Shown piece after piece: positions 26,615-36,482 of a stretch of DNA of 36,482 nucleotides. The stretch covers positions 1 to 36,482 of the forward strand of contig JBFWSB010000004.1 in NCBI GenBank assembly GCA_050248595.1. Reading direction: 5' to 3'. A program made the translations under genes and the position numbers. How positions within the stretch are numbered: the stretch's first letter is position 1; each line of letters opens with the position of its first letter. The notes under the pieces are model-generated. The model saw nothing but the letters and a program-made list of their open reading frames with translations. It was not told the DNA's origin and searched no databases. Source of the DNA: Candidatus Kapaibacterium sp. GTDB lineage: Bacteria; Bacteroidota; Ignavibacteria; OLB7.

Positions 26615-28471
26615 TCACGGAGTACCAAAGTGGTACTTTACCTCGACCGAAGGAATCACAAGTGAATTTGACTCCCACGGACGTGGATCACGAAATAGTG
26701 GAGTGAAGTACTTTCCTTCGAACTTCAAGTCAAGACTACGCGAGACAATGAACTGTAGCCAGACATTCCCCTGCACAGATCCATCAAAGTACTGGAACCC
26801 AGCACCGTAAGGAATATCTGTGCCCCCTTTCATATACTCGATTTTTCCTGCAACACCACCTCGTGTCTCGCCCCCCACTTCTCGAAGGGTCGGAATGCTA
26901 TCCACATTTTCACCAGGGCCAAAATATTGCTGCCGTTCGTAAGTGTCGACTCCGTACACCGCACCACCTAACTTCAAACGGAAGAGATGGTTTGCAGCGT
27001 TGTCGGCATAGAATCCGAACGAGTAAAACCCTTGAAAGGCGTAGCGAATCAGGTAGGCAAGATCTCCGTTAACACGCCTTCCGGTGTCACCAGTAGGGCC
27101 AATATCGAAAACACCGGGAATCATTGCTTCAGTGCTCGCTTCGCCAAATGTATAGGACGCGTGGAAGTTAAAGAGACCTGAATTACTTAACATCGGTGCT
27201 GTAAAATCTCCACCAAAAGAGATACCATAGCCCCCCAGGACTTTCTGTGGCTTGTCGAACAGACCACTCTCCCCGATACTCTCACCTCCGAAACGTGGCG
27301 ACGGTAATATTGCACCAATCTTGACATTCCTCAGAATGGCGTTCAGCGTCATTCGCCCACCCCATATCGAGGGATAGTTTAGCTCATCAAAATTGTTTAG
27401 CAGCTCCACACCCCACTTGGTCTGCTTTACCTGCTTTGCATCCATTTCGTAGTTGTAGTAAGCAACCACGACATCAGTACCAACAACAATTTCGTTCGGG
27501 AACTCTATTGCTCCTGGAACAGCAGCCCCAGCAGTTACATCTACTGTTTGGCTAGTTCCACCAATATCGAGATCAAGATCAAAGCTCCAAGGATCATCGG
27601 CTCCACTCCCTGCATCGCTACTGGTGTCTGCAGGTTTCCACTCTTCACGAACTGGACGCCCCATACTGACGCTCTTCAACACCCACCCTTCTTCATTTTC
27701 GTCGATCCGAGTTGCCCGCGTGTTCGTACGATCGACAATAAGAACGTTGGCCAGATCACGCAGCACAAACATCTGATTTGAGAGCATCTGTGTGTTCTTC
27801 TCTCTGACCGCATCTTTCATTTCACCATACATAGTCGAGTCTGTATTGCTCGACGTAAGGTAGTCGTGAAGTTGAGTCCCAACTTTAACGAAGGAGGTTA
27901 GTGATGGGCGTCCACTCTCTAAGTCAACACCTAACAGAGCAATCAACCGTGGCTTCTCCAGATCAGAAGAGGTCACTAAGTAGAAATTCTTCGGACGGTT
28001 CTTCCGATTCTGAATAATAGTAGAAGCAATACTATATGCCCGATCAGCTTCAGCCTCATCTATATCGTAGTCAGGATCTAATCCTGTCCGTTGCGCCAAT
28101 TGAATCCGAAATAATCGAGGGTTGCCAACCGCAGGTGAGGCAGCAATAGCAATTGCTGTCTGTTCAAACCCTGGTATGGGTTCAGGAGCAATAATGTCTC
28201 CAATCTGCTTTAGTCGATCAATGTCAGACTCATCCTCTGACTGCATACTGGTTACTAAACGGTTCTTGAAATCGCTTTCGAGCTTGTAGATGCGTATATC
28301 AGACCAGATAATATCATCTATCGACCGAATCAGTGAACTGATCTGTCTGTCAAGCCGGGTACGTGCCTTTTCGCTGTCACTGTCAGGCTGTGCCGAAGCA
28401 GTCACAGCAATCATTCCTCCAGAAATCAGAATCAAGAGGAACCCGCCGAACCGAGACATCCTGTTGAGCAT
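26615..28471 (-). CDS. Hypothetical exported protein, probable outer-membrane beta-rich protein
   Basis: Signal peptide (...AVTASA-Q), helical N-terminal region, acidic linker and a beta-rich C-terminal region ending VEVKYHFGTP. Confidence 0.8.
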   Translation of the reverse strand: MLNRMSRFGGFLLILISGGMIAVTASAQPDSDSEKARTRLDRQISSLIRSIDDIIWSDIRIYKLESDFKNRLVTSMQSEDESDIDRLKQIGDIIAPEPIPGFEQTAIAIAASPAVGNPRLFRIQLAQRTGLDPDYDIDEAEADRAYSIASTIIQNRKNRPKNFYLVTSSDLEKPRLIALLGVDLESGRPSLTSFVKVGTQLHDYLTSSNTDSTMYGEMKDAVREKNTQMLSNQMFVLRDLANVLIVDRTNTRATRIDENEEGWVLKSVSMGRPVREEWKPADTSSDAGSGADDPWSFDLDLDIGGTSQTVDVTAGAAVPGAIEFPNEIVVGTDVVVAYYNYEMDAKQVKQTKWGVELLNNFDELNYPSIWGGRMTLNAILRNVKIGAILPSPRFGGESIGESGLFDKPQKVLGGYGISFGGDFTAPMLSNSGLFNFHASYTFGEASTEAMIPGVFDIGPTGDTGRRVNGDLAYLIRYAFQGFYSFGFYADNAANHLFRLKLGGAVYGVDTYERQQYFGPGENVDSIPTLREVGGETRGGVAGKIEYMKGGTDIPYGAGFQYFDGSVQGNVWLQFIVSRSLDLKFEGKYFTPLFRDPRPWESNSLVIPSVEVKYHFGTP

Positions 28472-28530
28472 AGTTTTCTCCGGTTTGTGGCTTTATATAA
28501 TGATTATTGTTCTCAATACGAATAAAATCC

Positions 28531-30393
28531 CTAACTCCCCAGACGAACTGTCACTTGCACAACACTTACGGTCTCCGCTTCGCGCCCCTTGATTGATAGA
28601 GGTATCTGCAACACTTTACCGTTTACTTCACGCGCCTTCGAAACCAGCTTACGAATATCCGTTACTTCCATGTACATGGACCACTGATAACTACCAGCAG
28701 AAGTCACACGTGGCTGACTTAATCCAAGATCACCACACTCTTCACAGGAAGCAGTAACGCTCACAGCTTCTCCAAAACGTCCACCATCAAGTGGTTGACG
28801 GATAACGATAGGAGAGAAGTCCTCACTTGTCTTGGTCTTAGAGATCGTCCAAGTAAATTCAAAGCCTTCATCGTGAGTCGGCGTCTGGTAACGAGGATCA
28901 ATTCCTTCAGCCGCTACCTGTGTAGTTCCAACTGATGGATCAGTACTGACCAACGGAACCCACTTGGTTCTGTCGGATGTACCGTTCGGTGCCCACCAAA
29001 CAGTCAAACCAATTGACTTCGTCGACTCTTTGATCTCCAACTTATCCTTCGGAAGGTCATCACCCGAGAACTTTGTTCCAGCTTTTTCAAAGACCTTCTC
29101 GCCGTTAATCTTCACTTCTGTGATGTAGTGTTCCGGTGGTATCTGAGTCGCTTCCCACTGTGTCTCCGGACGATAGACACGTCCGATATATCCACGGGAT
29201 GCAGGCTGACGCTTCCATCCTCCTGTCAACTCTGGCTTCAATATCACCAGTCGTTTTTCAGAAGCTTCGCTTTTTCCCCCGTTCGAGGCTGTGACTGTCA
29301 AGATCTTCTCACCAGCCGTTGATTGTGCAGGAAAAATGATGTTATATCTATTCGGAACGTTTGGATCTTCCACAAGCGAAGCCTCGCCCGGATCAACACT
29401 TCTTTGTCCATCCTTCGGCCCAAGTTTTACTGGCATTTCTAATGGAGCGCCCGTATACCAATATATTTCTGGTCTTGGAACCAATATCTCAGCAACTGGA
29501 TCTGCTGGTGGTGGCAAATCCGGCTTGACTACGCGAACGTCAATCGCGTTGCGTCCACTGTTAATACTTAGCTCTTTCCACTTTTCAGGATCGAGCAAGG
29601 CATCAATGTAATCTTTTACCTGCTGCTGCGCCGTGCTCTCTCCCTTTTCCTTCTCAAGGAATTTCTGCACAGAACGCAACTGCTTTACGGTCAACTTCAC
29701 GTTGCCGATTCTGACGGTATCGTCATCGTTCGGCTCGGCATCAACTACACCCATAATTTGATTTGTCCGAGAGGCAAACCGAAGTCGATACCACCCTGCA
29801 CCACTTGTTGGCTTGAAGTTAACTCGGAAGACTTTCACTCGTCGCCCTTTGGCTATTTCCTGAGCGGTCATCTCTTCGTTTAGCTGGAAGTAGGCAGTAG
29901 GATCGCCAGTAGGTATGGCAGCACCTTTCGTCTGCTGAGGGTTGAAGTATCCCCCATGCTCTGTTCCAAGAATAGCAGTAAAGAAAGGGTCTGTAAGATC
30001 GGTTGTGTCCAGAGGCAACTCTTCTTCAGGGATATTTGGGTCGCCAAGCGTGGAGACAAGGTAATTCAACTCTGGAATGTCATCGCCACGTTTGCCAGCT
30101 TCACCGACGGCATTCGAGTCACCGACGGCAACCAGAACGTCGTAGACCCGAACCATTGATTCAGGCTCTTTGTCGCTCCAGGTGATGTTGTCCTTCGGTC
30201 GGGTTGTGATCGCCGTTGCACCCACACCCGATTGTAACTGAGAGAGGATGGTTTGGACGATCTGAATCGCTTCGCGTTGCTGTTTGCGCAGATGCTCTTC
30301 GGCTTCATCTCGTTCAATAAAGATGATCAGAAGCTCAAGAATGACAGCAAGATATAGCACAAAATATACCTTGCCGGCTCCACCTTTCGACAT
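28531..30393 (-). CDS. Hypothetical single-pass inner-membrane protein with GldM/PorM-like architecture
   Basis: Short N-tail, one TM helix (VYFVLYLAVILELLIIFI) containing Tyr and Glu, a helical segment, then beta-rich Ig-like segments. The CDS is secure; the family assignment is speculative. Confidence 0.6.
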   Translation of the reverse strand: MSKGGAGKVYFVLYLAVILELLIIFIERDEAEEHLRKQQREAIQIVQTILSQLQSGVGATAITTRPKDNITWSDKEPESMVRVYDVLVAVGDSNAVGEAGKRGDDIPELNYLVSTLGDPNIPEEELPLDTTDLTDPFFTAILGTEHGGYFNPQQTKGAAIPTGDPTAYFQLNEEMTAQEIAKGRRVKVFRVNFKPTSGAGWYRLRFASRTNQIMGVVDAEPNDDDTVRIGNVKLTVKQLRSVQKFLEKEKGESTAQQQVKDYIDALLDPEKWKELSINSGRNAIDVRVVKPDLPPPADPVAEILVPRPEIYWYTGAPLEMPVKLGPKDGQRSVDPGEASLVEDPNVPNRYNIIFPAQSTAGEKILTVTASNGGKSEASEKRLVILKPELTGGWKRQPASRGYIGRVYRPETQWEATQIPPEHYITEVKINGEKVFEKAGTKFSGDDLPKDKLEIKESTKSIGLTVWWAPNGTSDRTKWVPLVSTDPSVGTTQVAAEGIDPRYQTPTHDEGFEFTWTISKTKTSEDFSPIVIRQPLDGGRFGEAVSVTASCEECGDLGLSQPRVTSAGSYQWSMYMEVTDIRKLVSKAREVNGKVLQIPLSIKGREAETVSVVQVTVRLGS

Positions 30394-30763
30394 AGCTATC
30401 GCTCTTGGTTATGGTTAGCGTTGTTGACTGTTAGCTCTGTTGTCGCAAGAAATGTAAATGTACGGCGGAGCAATTCTCATGCGCAAATATTATTCGGTGG
30501 GAAATCTTTGAAATTTCTTCTTTGTGTTTGCACGTTTTGCTGAAAAAGACCGTAGATGCAGCACTCACGCACTTCTGTCCGCAGTTAAGAACCGTTCGGC
30601 TTTCTCTACTCCGCTCCAAGTTCCCAATCTTCGAAAGCAGGAACATTTCTCCCAGACAATGATGACAATATATGATAAACCATGAAAAAACAAGGGGAAA
30701 ATTCGTCCCCTTTTTTAAGAAAACTTTTCGGAGCTGTTACTTTTCGTTCTTATTGGTTGTCAG

Positions 30764-30779
30764 TGCAAGCACTATGCCA
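30764..30779 (-). promoter_or_regulatory. Sigma54 -24/-12 consensus match
   Basis: Minus strand TGGCATAGTGCTTGCA, exact GG-N10-GC, within the 546-bp intergenic region upstream of 30393. Confidence 0.5.
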
Positions 30780-30939
30780 AAATTCAGAACGGACAGACAT
30801 TCCTTGATCTTCAGCAATCAATAGATGCTGATGAAAAAGAGCAAATTCTGCGTTGAACTGTATGTTCTCCAGCGACTTCCACTCTAAAATTGACCCAACG
30901 AATCCCCCCTTCAATGCAGATCCCCGTTTTCCTTTTCAC

Positions 30940-33900
30940 TTACTTCGGTCTGATAATTGCATACCGAGCCTCATCCAGATCGAGTAGTCGAAGATAAAAC
31001 TCTCGGAACTCCTCAAATTTTTCTGGAGGAACTCTTGTGGTGTAGAACTGCTGATACTTCTCTGCCTCAAGCCCCCCCTCTATCGACCGGAACTTCACGC
31101 GGTATACACCAAACTCTGACTCTACTTCAATGTTCTCAGGGATTTCGGTCATCTCGTATCCTTTAGGAAACATAATCTCTACCCGCTGACGTGAAGGAGC
31201 GGTTTCGCACAACTTGGCAACGTCAAGCGTAGTTACTCGCTCCGAAGTCTTGATTGCACTGCTATTGCGGATAGCAAGCATCCAAGGAAGACGGAAGATG
31301 TAGAGATTCGAGACCCGGTCGCTGAAGCGCTCTCCAGAGAGTGTGTAGTGAGAACGCAACGGCTCGGTGATTGAAAGCCGATTTGCAAAATCGTAGTCGC
31401 GAAGGCGCACATCCTGAAAGGTTCCTTGCCCCAAAAGGCCGAGGATCATGTTTCGCACTTCTTCTTTTGAAAGTCGCGCCATCGACTCGCGGATGTAAGC
31501 TCCCTCCAACCCTCGATGCTCAGCCTGAACATCGAGAGAAACTGCCCGACTTGTGTCCAACACTGCTTGCACCTGCATCTCAATCAGATTCTTTTCTGGA
31601 TTGATATGATCGTATGGTAACTGGAAGATATCCTTCTCTCCATCCTTAATATTTAGTGCCCAAGCTCCACAATCACTGTACGGAATTACATTGTGAGGAA
31701 AGAAGTTTGTTGTCAAATCCATATACCGATTCTCCCCTTCCAGTTCAAGACCAACAATCACGTGATCGAACAGTTGGCACGGAAGGAATCGAGCGTGGTT
31801 GAAGGAATTTGTTTTCACGAGCGCATACCAAGCATCAATCCCTACCTCACGCAGCATCGCAATCATTAAGGTTGCAACATCTTTGCAATCACCAACATTT
31901 GATGAGATCGTTAAGTCGCACGACTTCGGCGTGTAGGCAGATTGAAGGAATGGGACGTAAGAGTAGTTCACCCGGCGGGTGATATAGTTGTAGATTACTT
32001 CGATCTTCTCAGCATCACTCATCCCATCAATAATGATAGAGTCGAGGATGTTCCTCACGTCGTAGGTGGCGTCAGTACGTCGGTATGTTTTGCGCGTGTA
32101 CCAGTCGGCCACGCGACTCCAGTCCGGCATTGTACTCACAAAAATTGTGCGCAACCCATCCCAGCCGTCGAGCATCGCATCCTCATCAGGTGTCCTATCA
32201 AGATTCTTGTAGTGCCAGACATACGAATCGTAGGTCTGGCTCCGAGCTTTCACCACGTTATCCTCTATTCTCTGGTGGAGGTAACCGAGATACTTTCCCT
32301 CTGGAACAAGAATTTCTAAGCGAGCCTCGTGAATCGGTGCTCCGAACGAGAAGTAGGTAATATCAAAATACTCTCCGTCGAAGAGGTCGTCGAAGAGAGT
32401 TCCCTCACTCTGTCCTTCCAAGAAGATTATGTCTCCCGGCTCAAGGTTCTTGAAGACAACCATTCCCCTCATCCTGTCAGGGACAACTTCAGCCCCCGAT
32501 GCCTTGCGAACGCGCACCAAGTTGACCACTCCGAGCATTCCGAAGTCATATTCCGTCCACAAATCGGCTCCGGCCTCAGTCAGAATGCGGATCATCATTT
32601 TCGACCAAGAACGAACTCTGCCGAGGGTATCCACAATCTGCCGTTTCTCGTAGAGCTGGATTACCGACTCTTCATCCTCGTAACGCTGTCGCCAGTCATC
32701 TGAGGCCAATGCGTCGTCGAAAGAAAGGCCTGCGGTAAAGAGAGTGTTCACATCTTCTGCACCAGTCATGTTTTCAATCTTCTGCACAAGAGAGTTCTCT
32801 CTGTAGCCAGATTGGTGACTGTAGCCATCCACGTCAACAGCAAATCCTTTGAGGTAATACTCCAGGGCATCCTTCTTCCGATCCATATCGAGATAGAGAT
32901 CACCGATCTGTTCGTAGAGACTGGCACTGTAAGGAAAAACTCCAAGCCCCCCTTTCAACGTCTCGATTGCCTCCTGATACCGCTTCTCCTCCCGCAGATA
33001 GTTCGCCTTCTCGCGACGATAGTAGACCCAGCCGGGATAGGCATCAATCAATTGGTCGTGCAACATCAAGACGGTATCGACACTCTCTTTGTCGGTGAAG
33101 TATTCAATTAATTCATCGTAGGCATCTTCATCGATCTTCTTTTCTATTGCGGTTAACAGACTGTCGGCTATCTCTCGTGGTGTCCGCTCATCTACTGTTG
33201 AGCGGTACTTGTAGTCAGAACGATAGTATTCGAGATCCTCCTTGTACTCTGGGAACTCCACAATCATCTTGTCGATGAACGCATCACTCTCTTGCTTGCG
33301 GTCTTTCTCTGTGTAGAAGTCGATTGTCTGGCGGATCAACGAGAAATTGGTGGGAGCAATCTTGCGTAGTTCTTGAAGACGTTTCAGATACTCTTCTTCC
33401 CGAGTCTTTGGGTCAATTTCTTCAAGCCGTTCGGCAAGCAATCCATAGACAGGTGTTGTCTCTGGTTTCGAAGGTTCTAATATTTCATAGACTCGCTCAA
33501 GTTTGCCGTTCGAAGCGTAGAGCTTGGCCAGAAGCCAACGCACCAGCATGTTATCGTTCTCACCGAGCTGCTGCGTGAATAGTTCCTCCCCTTCCAACGT
33601 ATAACCGGAAACGAGGTAGGCTTTGGCCAACATGTAGAGAGCGAAGAGATCGTCCGGGTGTTCGCTGACATCCTTCGTGAAGTAATCGATCATCTCACGT
33701 CGCCGGATATCAGGAGAGTAGGTCGTCTTCTTGTACTTCCCCTCGTACTGCAACTCCGCATCGGTCAAGGTTCTCCCTGTTTCGTCGGTGAAGCGGAGAA
33801 GGAAGAACCCTTGCGGATAGAGTGAGGTTTCTGACGTACTGCTGTAGCGTTTGCGCCACGTTGCCACCTCTAAAAATGAGTAGCTATCTCGACCTTCATA

Positions 33901-34770
33901 GAAGGGCGAGGTCTTCACCAGTATTCGATGTGTTCCAGCAGTTAGAGGAAGAGAGATGATCTCGTTATCATATTCAAAGACAATAACCTCCTTGTCGGTA
34001 AAAACAAGATCGTCATCGACCCAAATTGAAATTGGCGAACTCCGCCCTATACGTATCTGTACCGTCCGGTCACTCGGGAGTGTGAGGAAGGTGTTCGCAT
34101 AAACCACTCCGACCTCCCCATCTGGCACGTGCTGCTCGGCTATCACCTGCCCAACTGGATCAACGTGCGTAGGACGGATCCAGCGGAGGGGAACACCAAG
34201 GTGGTTCTTAAACTCTCCCTTCGGATTAAACGGCTGGGTCTCAACTGGATAGGAAGTCAGATATCCACTCCCACCAATATTCTCAAACGGACCTACTAAA
34301 CTCCAACGGTTTTCTGGAGCAAGGTCGCGAAAAGCCTTCTCTCCCTTTTCGCGTTGTCTGTAGAGCAGGTGCTCCGCAGCTAAACTTATCCGGGAAGAGA
34401 TTTTACCCGACTCACTCATCGGCGAATCGACAATCACTGTGTCGGACGCATCGAAGACATTTCGAAAGTTGCGGTAGACAGGTTCATCCCAGGTTGCCAG
34501 GATGTACCGCGTGACGTAATCACGATAGCGGAGTGGGTCGCCGTGAATCTCCGAGAGGATAATCATTCCTTTCAGTGCAGAAAAGTCGAGACTATCCTCA
34601 GAAAGCTTTTTCTCGAACCAATCACGCGCTTTCAGATGTTCGTTTGATCGAAGTAGCTCCCACCCTTGACTTTGTTGAGCCAAGGAAGTGTGTGAGATAA
34701 CTGTAAGGAAGAAGGTAACGACAGTGGCAAGGGTGAGGGGACGACCGAAAGGCAAAGGTCTTCTCTTCAT
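30940..34770 (-). CDS. Secreted TPR / DUF3857 / transglutaminase-like / DUF3858-like protein
   Basis: Signal peptide; TPR-like helices; FKNLEPGDII (DUF3857); Cys-His-Asp motifs GDCKDVATL, FDHVIV and YMDLT; C-terminal PENIEVESEFGVY. Confidence 0.9.
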   Translation of the reverse strand: MKRRPLPFGRPLTLATVVTFFLTVISHTSLAQQSQGWELLRSNEHLKARDWFEKKLSEDSLDFSALKGMIILSEIHGDPLRYRDYVTRYILATWDEPVYRNFRNVFDASDTVIVDSPMSESGKISSRISLAAEHLLYRQREKGEKAFRDLAPENRWSLVGPFENIGGSGYLTSYPVETQPFNPKGEFKNHLGVPLRWIRPTHVDPVGQVIAEQHVPDGEVGVVYANTFLTLPSDRTVQIRIGRSSPISIWVDDDLVFTDKEVIVFEYDNEIISLPLTAGTHRILVKTSPFYEGRDSYSFLEVATWRKRYSSTSETSLYPQGFFLLRFTDETGRTLTDAELQYEGKYKKTTYSPDIRRREMIDYFTKDVSEHPDDLFALYMLAKAYLVSGYTLEGEELFTQQLGENDNMLVRWLLAKLYASNGKLERVYEILEPSKPETTPVYGLLAERLEEIDPKTREEEYLKRLQELRKIAPTNFSLIRQTIDFYTEKDRKQESDAFIDKMIVEFPEYKEDLEYYRSDYKYRSTVDERTPREIADSLLTAIEKKIDEDAYDELIEYFTDKESVDTVLMLHDQLIDAYPGWVYYRREKANYLREEKRYQEAIETLKGGLGVFPYSASLYEQIGDLYLDMDRKKDALEYYLKGFAVDVDGYSHQSGYRENSLVQKIENMTGAEDVNTLFTAGLSFDDALASDDWRQRYEDEESVIQLYEKRQIVDTLGRVRSWSKMMIRILTEAGADLWTEYDFGMLGVVNLVRVRKASGAEVVPDRMRGMVVFKNLEPGDIIFLEGQSEGTLFDDLFDGEYFDITYFSFGAPIHEARLEILVPEGKYLGYLHQRIEDNVVKARSQTYDSYVWHYKNLDRTPDEDAMLDGWDGLRTIFVSTMPDWSRVADWYTRKTYRRTDATYDVRNILDSIIIDGMSDAEKIEVIYNYITRRVNYSYVPFLQSAYTPKSCDLTISSNVGDCKDVATLMIAMLREVGIDAWYALVKTNSFNHARFLPCQLFDHVIVGLELEGENRYMDLTTNFFPHNVIPYSDCGAWALNIKDGEKDIFQLPYDHINPEKNLIEMQVQAVLDTSRAVSLDVQAEHRGLEGAYIRESMARLSKEEVRNMILGLLGQGTFQDVRLRDYDFANRLSITEPLRSHYTLSGERFSDRVSNLYIFRLPWMLAIRNSSAIKTSERVTTLDVAKLCETAPSRQRVEIMFPKGYEMTEIPENIEVESEFGVYRVKFRSIEGGLEAEKYQQFYTTRVPPEKFEEFREFYLRLLDLDEARYAIIRPK

Positions 34771-34949
34771 AAAGTTCAGTAGGTATCCAGGTGACAGTGG
34801 ATTTGATGATTGACCACTCCCAAGCGGCCTCTACAGATCAAGGTAGAGTTATTGGGAATTTGTTCTGGAAAGATATTGCACTTCTTGATTGCAGCAAAGA
34901 GTCTGCCGACTTGAAAGGAAAATTCTTTTGCGCAAAGCGGACCAAGGGA

Positions 34950-36482
34950 TTACAACACTCGAAGTTTAGCAAACTTCAACATCAACTGCTTCCGCCCAAC
35001 TCCTTCAAATCGAACGGTAACCCGTGTCTTCTCCCCCTCCCCAACAATCGCATCTACACGACCTTTTCCAAACGAGTCGTGGGAAACAATGGAACCGACC
35101 TGCAAGGTTTTGGGAATCTGCGAGTAGTCATCATCTGGCAGGGGATCGGGTGTCCACTCGTCGAACATCTCCTCCTTCGGCTTCTGTACAATCGGTCGGC
35201 GACGCGATTGAATCGACGTAGAGGAAAAAGAGGATGCCGACGTTGGTCGAGGTGCAGTGGAATTGAATCGCAGGTGCTCATCTCCAATTTCGTTCAGGAA
35301 ACGTGAAGGAGTGGGATAACTCAGTTCGCCAAATCGATAGCGTCGCTCGCAGTTCGTTAAGTAGAGTCGCTTCTTTGCCCTGGTAACGGCAACGTAGAAG
35401 AGACGCCGCTCTTCTTCCAACTCTTCTTGATCGGAGGCCGACTGCCCAATTGGGAACAACCCTTCCTCCATCCCCGGCACAATCACTGTCTCGAACTCCA
35501 GTCCCTTTGCCGAGTGAATGGTCATCAGTGTTACGCGCTCATCTACCTGCTCATAATTGTCGAGATCGGAGATTAGTGAAATCTCCTGTAGATATTGGTC
35601 GAGCGTTCCATCTGGATTTGTCTCCACATACTCGGCAATGTGGGAGAGTAACCGCTGCACGTTATCCCAGCGAGCCATCGCCTCCGGTGTCCCCTCATCT
35701 TTGAACGATCCAATCAAGCCCGACTCCGTCAGTGCCATGCGGGCAATTTCCGGCAGTGGAGCATCCGTTAGCCTGGTTCTCCAGGTATCAATCATTCCAG
35801 CAAAGTTCCTCAAGCCATTGGTAGCTCGTGGCGTAAGGTCTTGAATCTCGTCAGCGTGTTGAGCCATTTGTAGAAGTGGCCACCCACGCGATTCGGCGGC
35901 AGTTCGAAGCCTGCGAATCGAGACTTCACCGATTCCCCGAGCCGGACGATTCACTCCCCGCAGGAAGGATTCGTCGTCCCGCTCGTTCACCAACAGGCGG
36001 AGATATGCCAACGCATCCTTTACCTCGGCACGTTGATAGAAAGCGACCCCTCCCACAAGCGTGTAGGGGATGTTGGCACGTCGGAGGGCATCTTCGATTG
36101 AGAGGGATTGTGAGTTGATTCGGTAGAGGACAGCAATCTCATTCAACGAGACTTCCCTTTGCTGCTCATCCCGAATCATCCGAACAACTTCGCTCCCCTC
36201 GTCCCGCTCATCCCGCAAGGTGAGAACGTTGATCTGTTCTCCCTGATCGTTATCAGTCCAAAGCGATTTCTTGATCTGTCCGCGATTCCGCGCAATCACA
36301 TCGTCGGCGGCAGCTAAAATTGTTTTCGTTGAGCGATAGTTCTGTTCCAGACGATAGATCTGATAGTTCGGGTAGTCACGCTCGAAGTCGAGGATATTCC
36401 GAATGTCGGCTCCTCGGAATCGGTAGAGCGACTGTGCATCATCCCCCACAACGCAGAGATTCTGAGGCGTCCCGGCAAGCAT
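34950..36482 (-). CDS. pcrA: UvrD/PcrA SF1 DNA helicase (5' part outside the window)
   Basis: VVGDDAQSLYRFRGA, LEQNYRST, VLYRINSQS, LMTIHSAKGLEF, EEERRLFYVAVTRA and a C-terminal Tudor-like VSHDSFGKG domain. Confidence 0.95.
   Translation of the reverse strand: MLAGTPQNLCVVGDDAQSLYRFRGADIRNILDFERDYPNYQIYRLEQNYRSTKTILAAADDVIARNRGQIKKSLWTDNDQGEQINVLTLRDERDEGSEVVRMIRDEQQREVSLNEIAVLYRINSQSLSIEDALRRANIPYTLVGGVAFYQRAEVKDALAYLRLLVNERDDESFLRGVNRPARGIGEVSIRRLRTAAESRGWPLLQMAQHADEIQDLTPRATNGLRNFAGMIDTWRTRLTDAPLPEIARMALTESGLIGSFKDEGTPEAMARWDNVQRLLSHIAEYVETNPDGTLDQYLQEISLISDLDNYEQVDERVTLMTIHSAKGLEFETVIVPGMEEGLFPIGQSASDQEELEEERRLFYVAVTRAKKRLYLTNCERRYRFGELSYPTPSRFLNEIGDEHLRFNSTAPRPTSASSFSSTSIQSRRRPIVQKPKEEMFDEWTPDPLPDDDYSQIPKTLQVGSIVSHDSFGKGRVDAIVGEGEKTRVTVRFEGVGRKQLMLKFAKLRVL

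Noticed and set aside
8950-36118. Numerous 60-200-aa antisense or off-frame ORFs inside long genes
   Set aside because: Shadow ORFs of well-supported CDSs, with no recognisable motifs.

Overview
A 36.5-kb bacterial chromosomal window, probably from an FCB-group lineage (Bacteroidota/Chlorobi/Ignavibacteria/Kapabacteria-like). This assignment is inferred from a T9SS-type C-terminal domain, TAnnTTTG-type promoter motifs and WG-repeat proteins. The main accessory feature is a 5,553-bp integrative element at the 3' end of tRNA-Gln(TTG) (2657-2731), bounded by a 16-bp perfect core (2721-2736 / 8274-8289). It carries a large serine recombinase, an unlisted 58-aa ORF, a MerR-like regulator, a small ORF behind a C4/CI-like structured leader, and a HipA-like kinase + DUF3037-like gene pair. 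The attachment site lies inside the integrase gene. In the integrated state the ORF reads through the antisense strand of the whole tRNA (546 aa); excision would join, in frame, a different 49-aa tail stored at the other end of the element (565 aa). Beyond the right end is a 123-bp, 86%-identical remnant of an earlier related integrase. The rest of the window is mostly envelope and housekeeping genes: a WG-repeat protein, two tandem fibre-like repeat paralogues, a C-N hydrolase, OsmC, SIMPL, a UbiA-family transferase, an AI-2E transporter, a choice-of-anchor-B/T9SS protein, a KDPG aldolase, a vWA-OmpA protein, an uncharacterised three-gene operon whose first gene has GldM/PorM-like architecture, a DUF3857/transglutaminase protein and a partial UvrD/PcrA. 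All family calls are by motif recognition; no searches were run.
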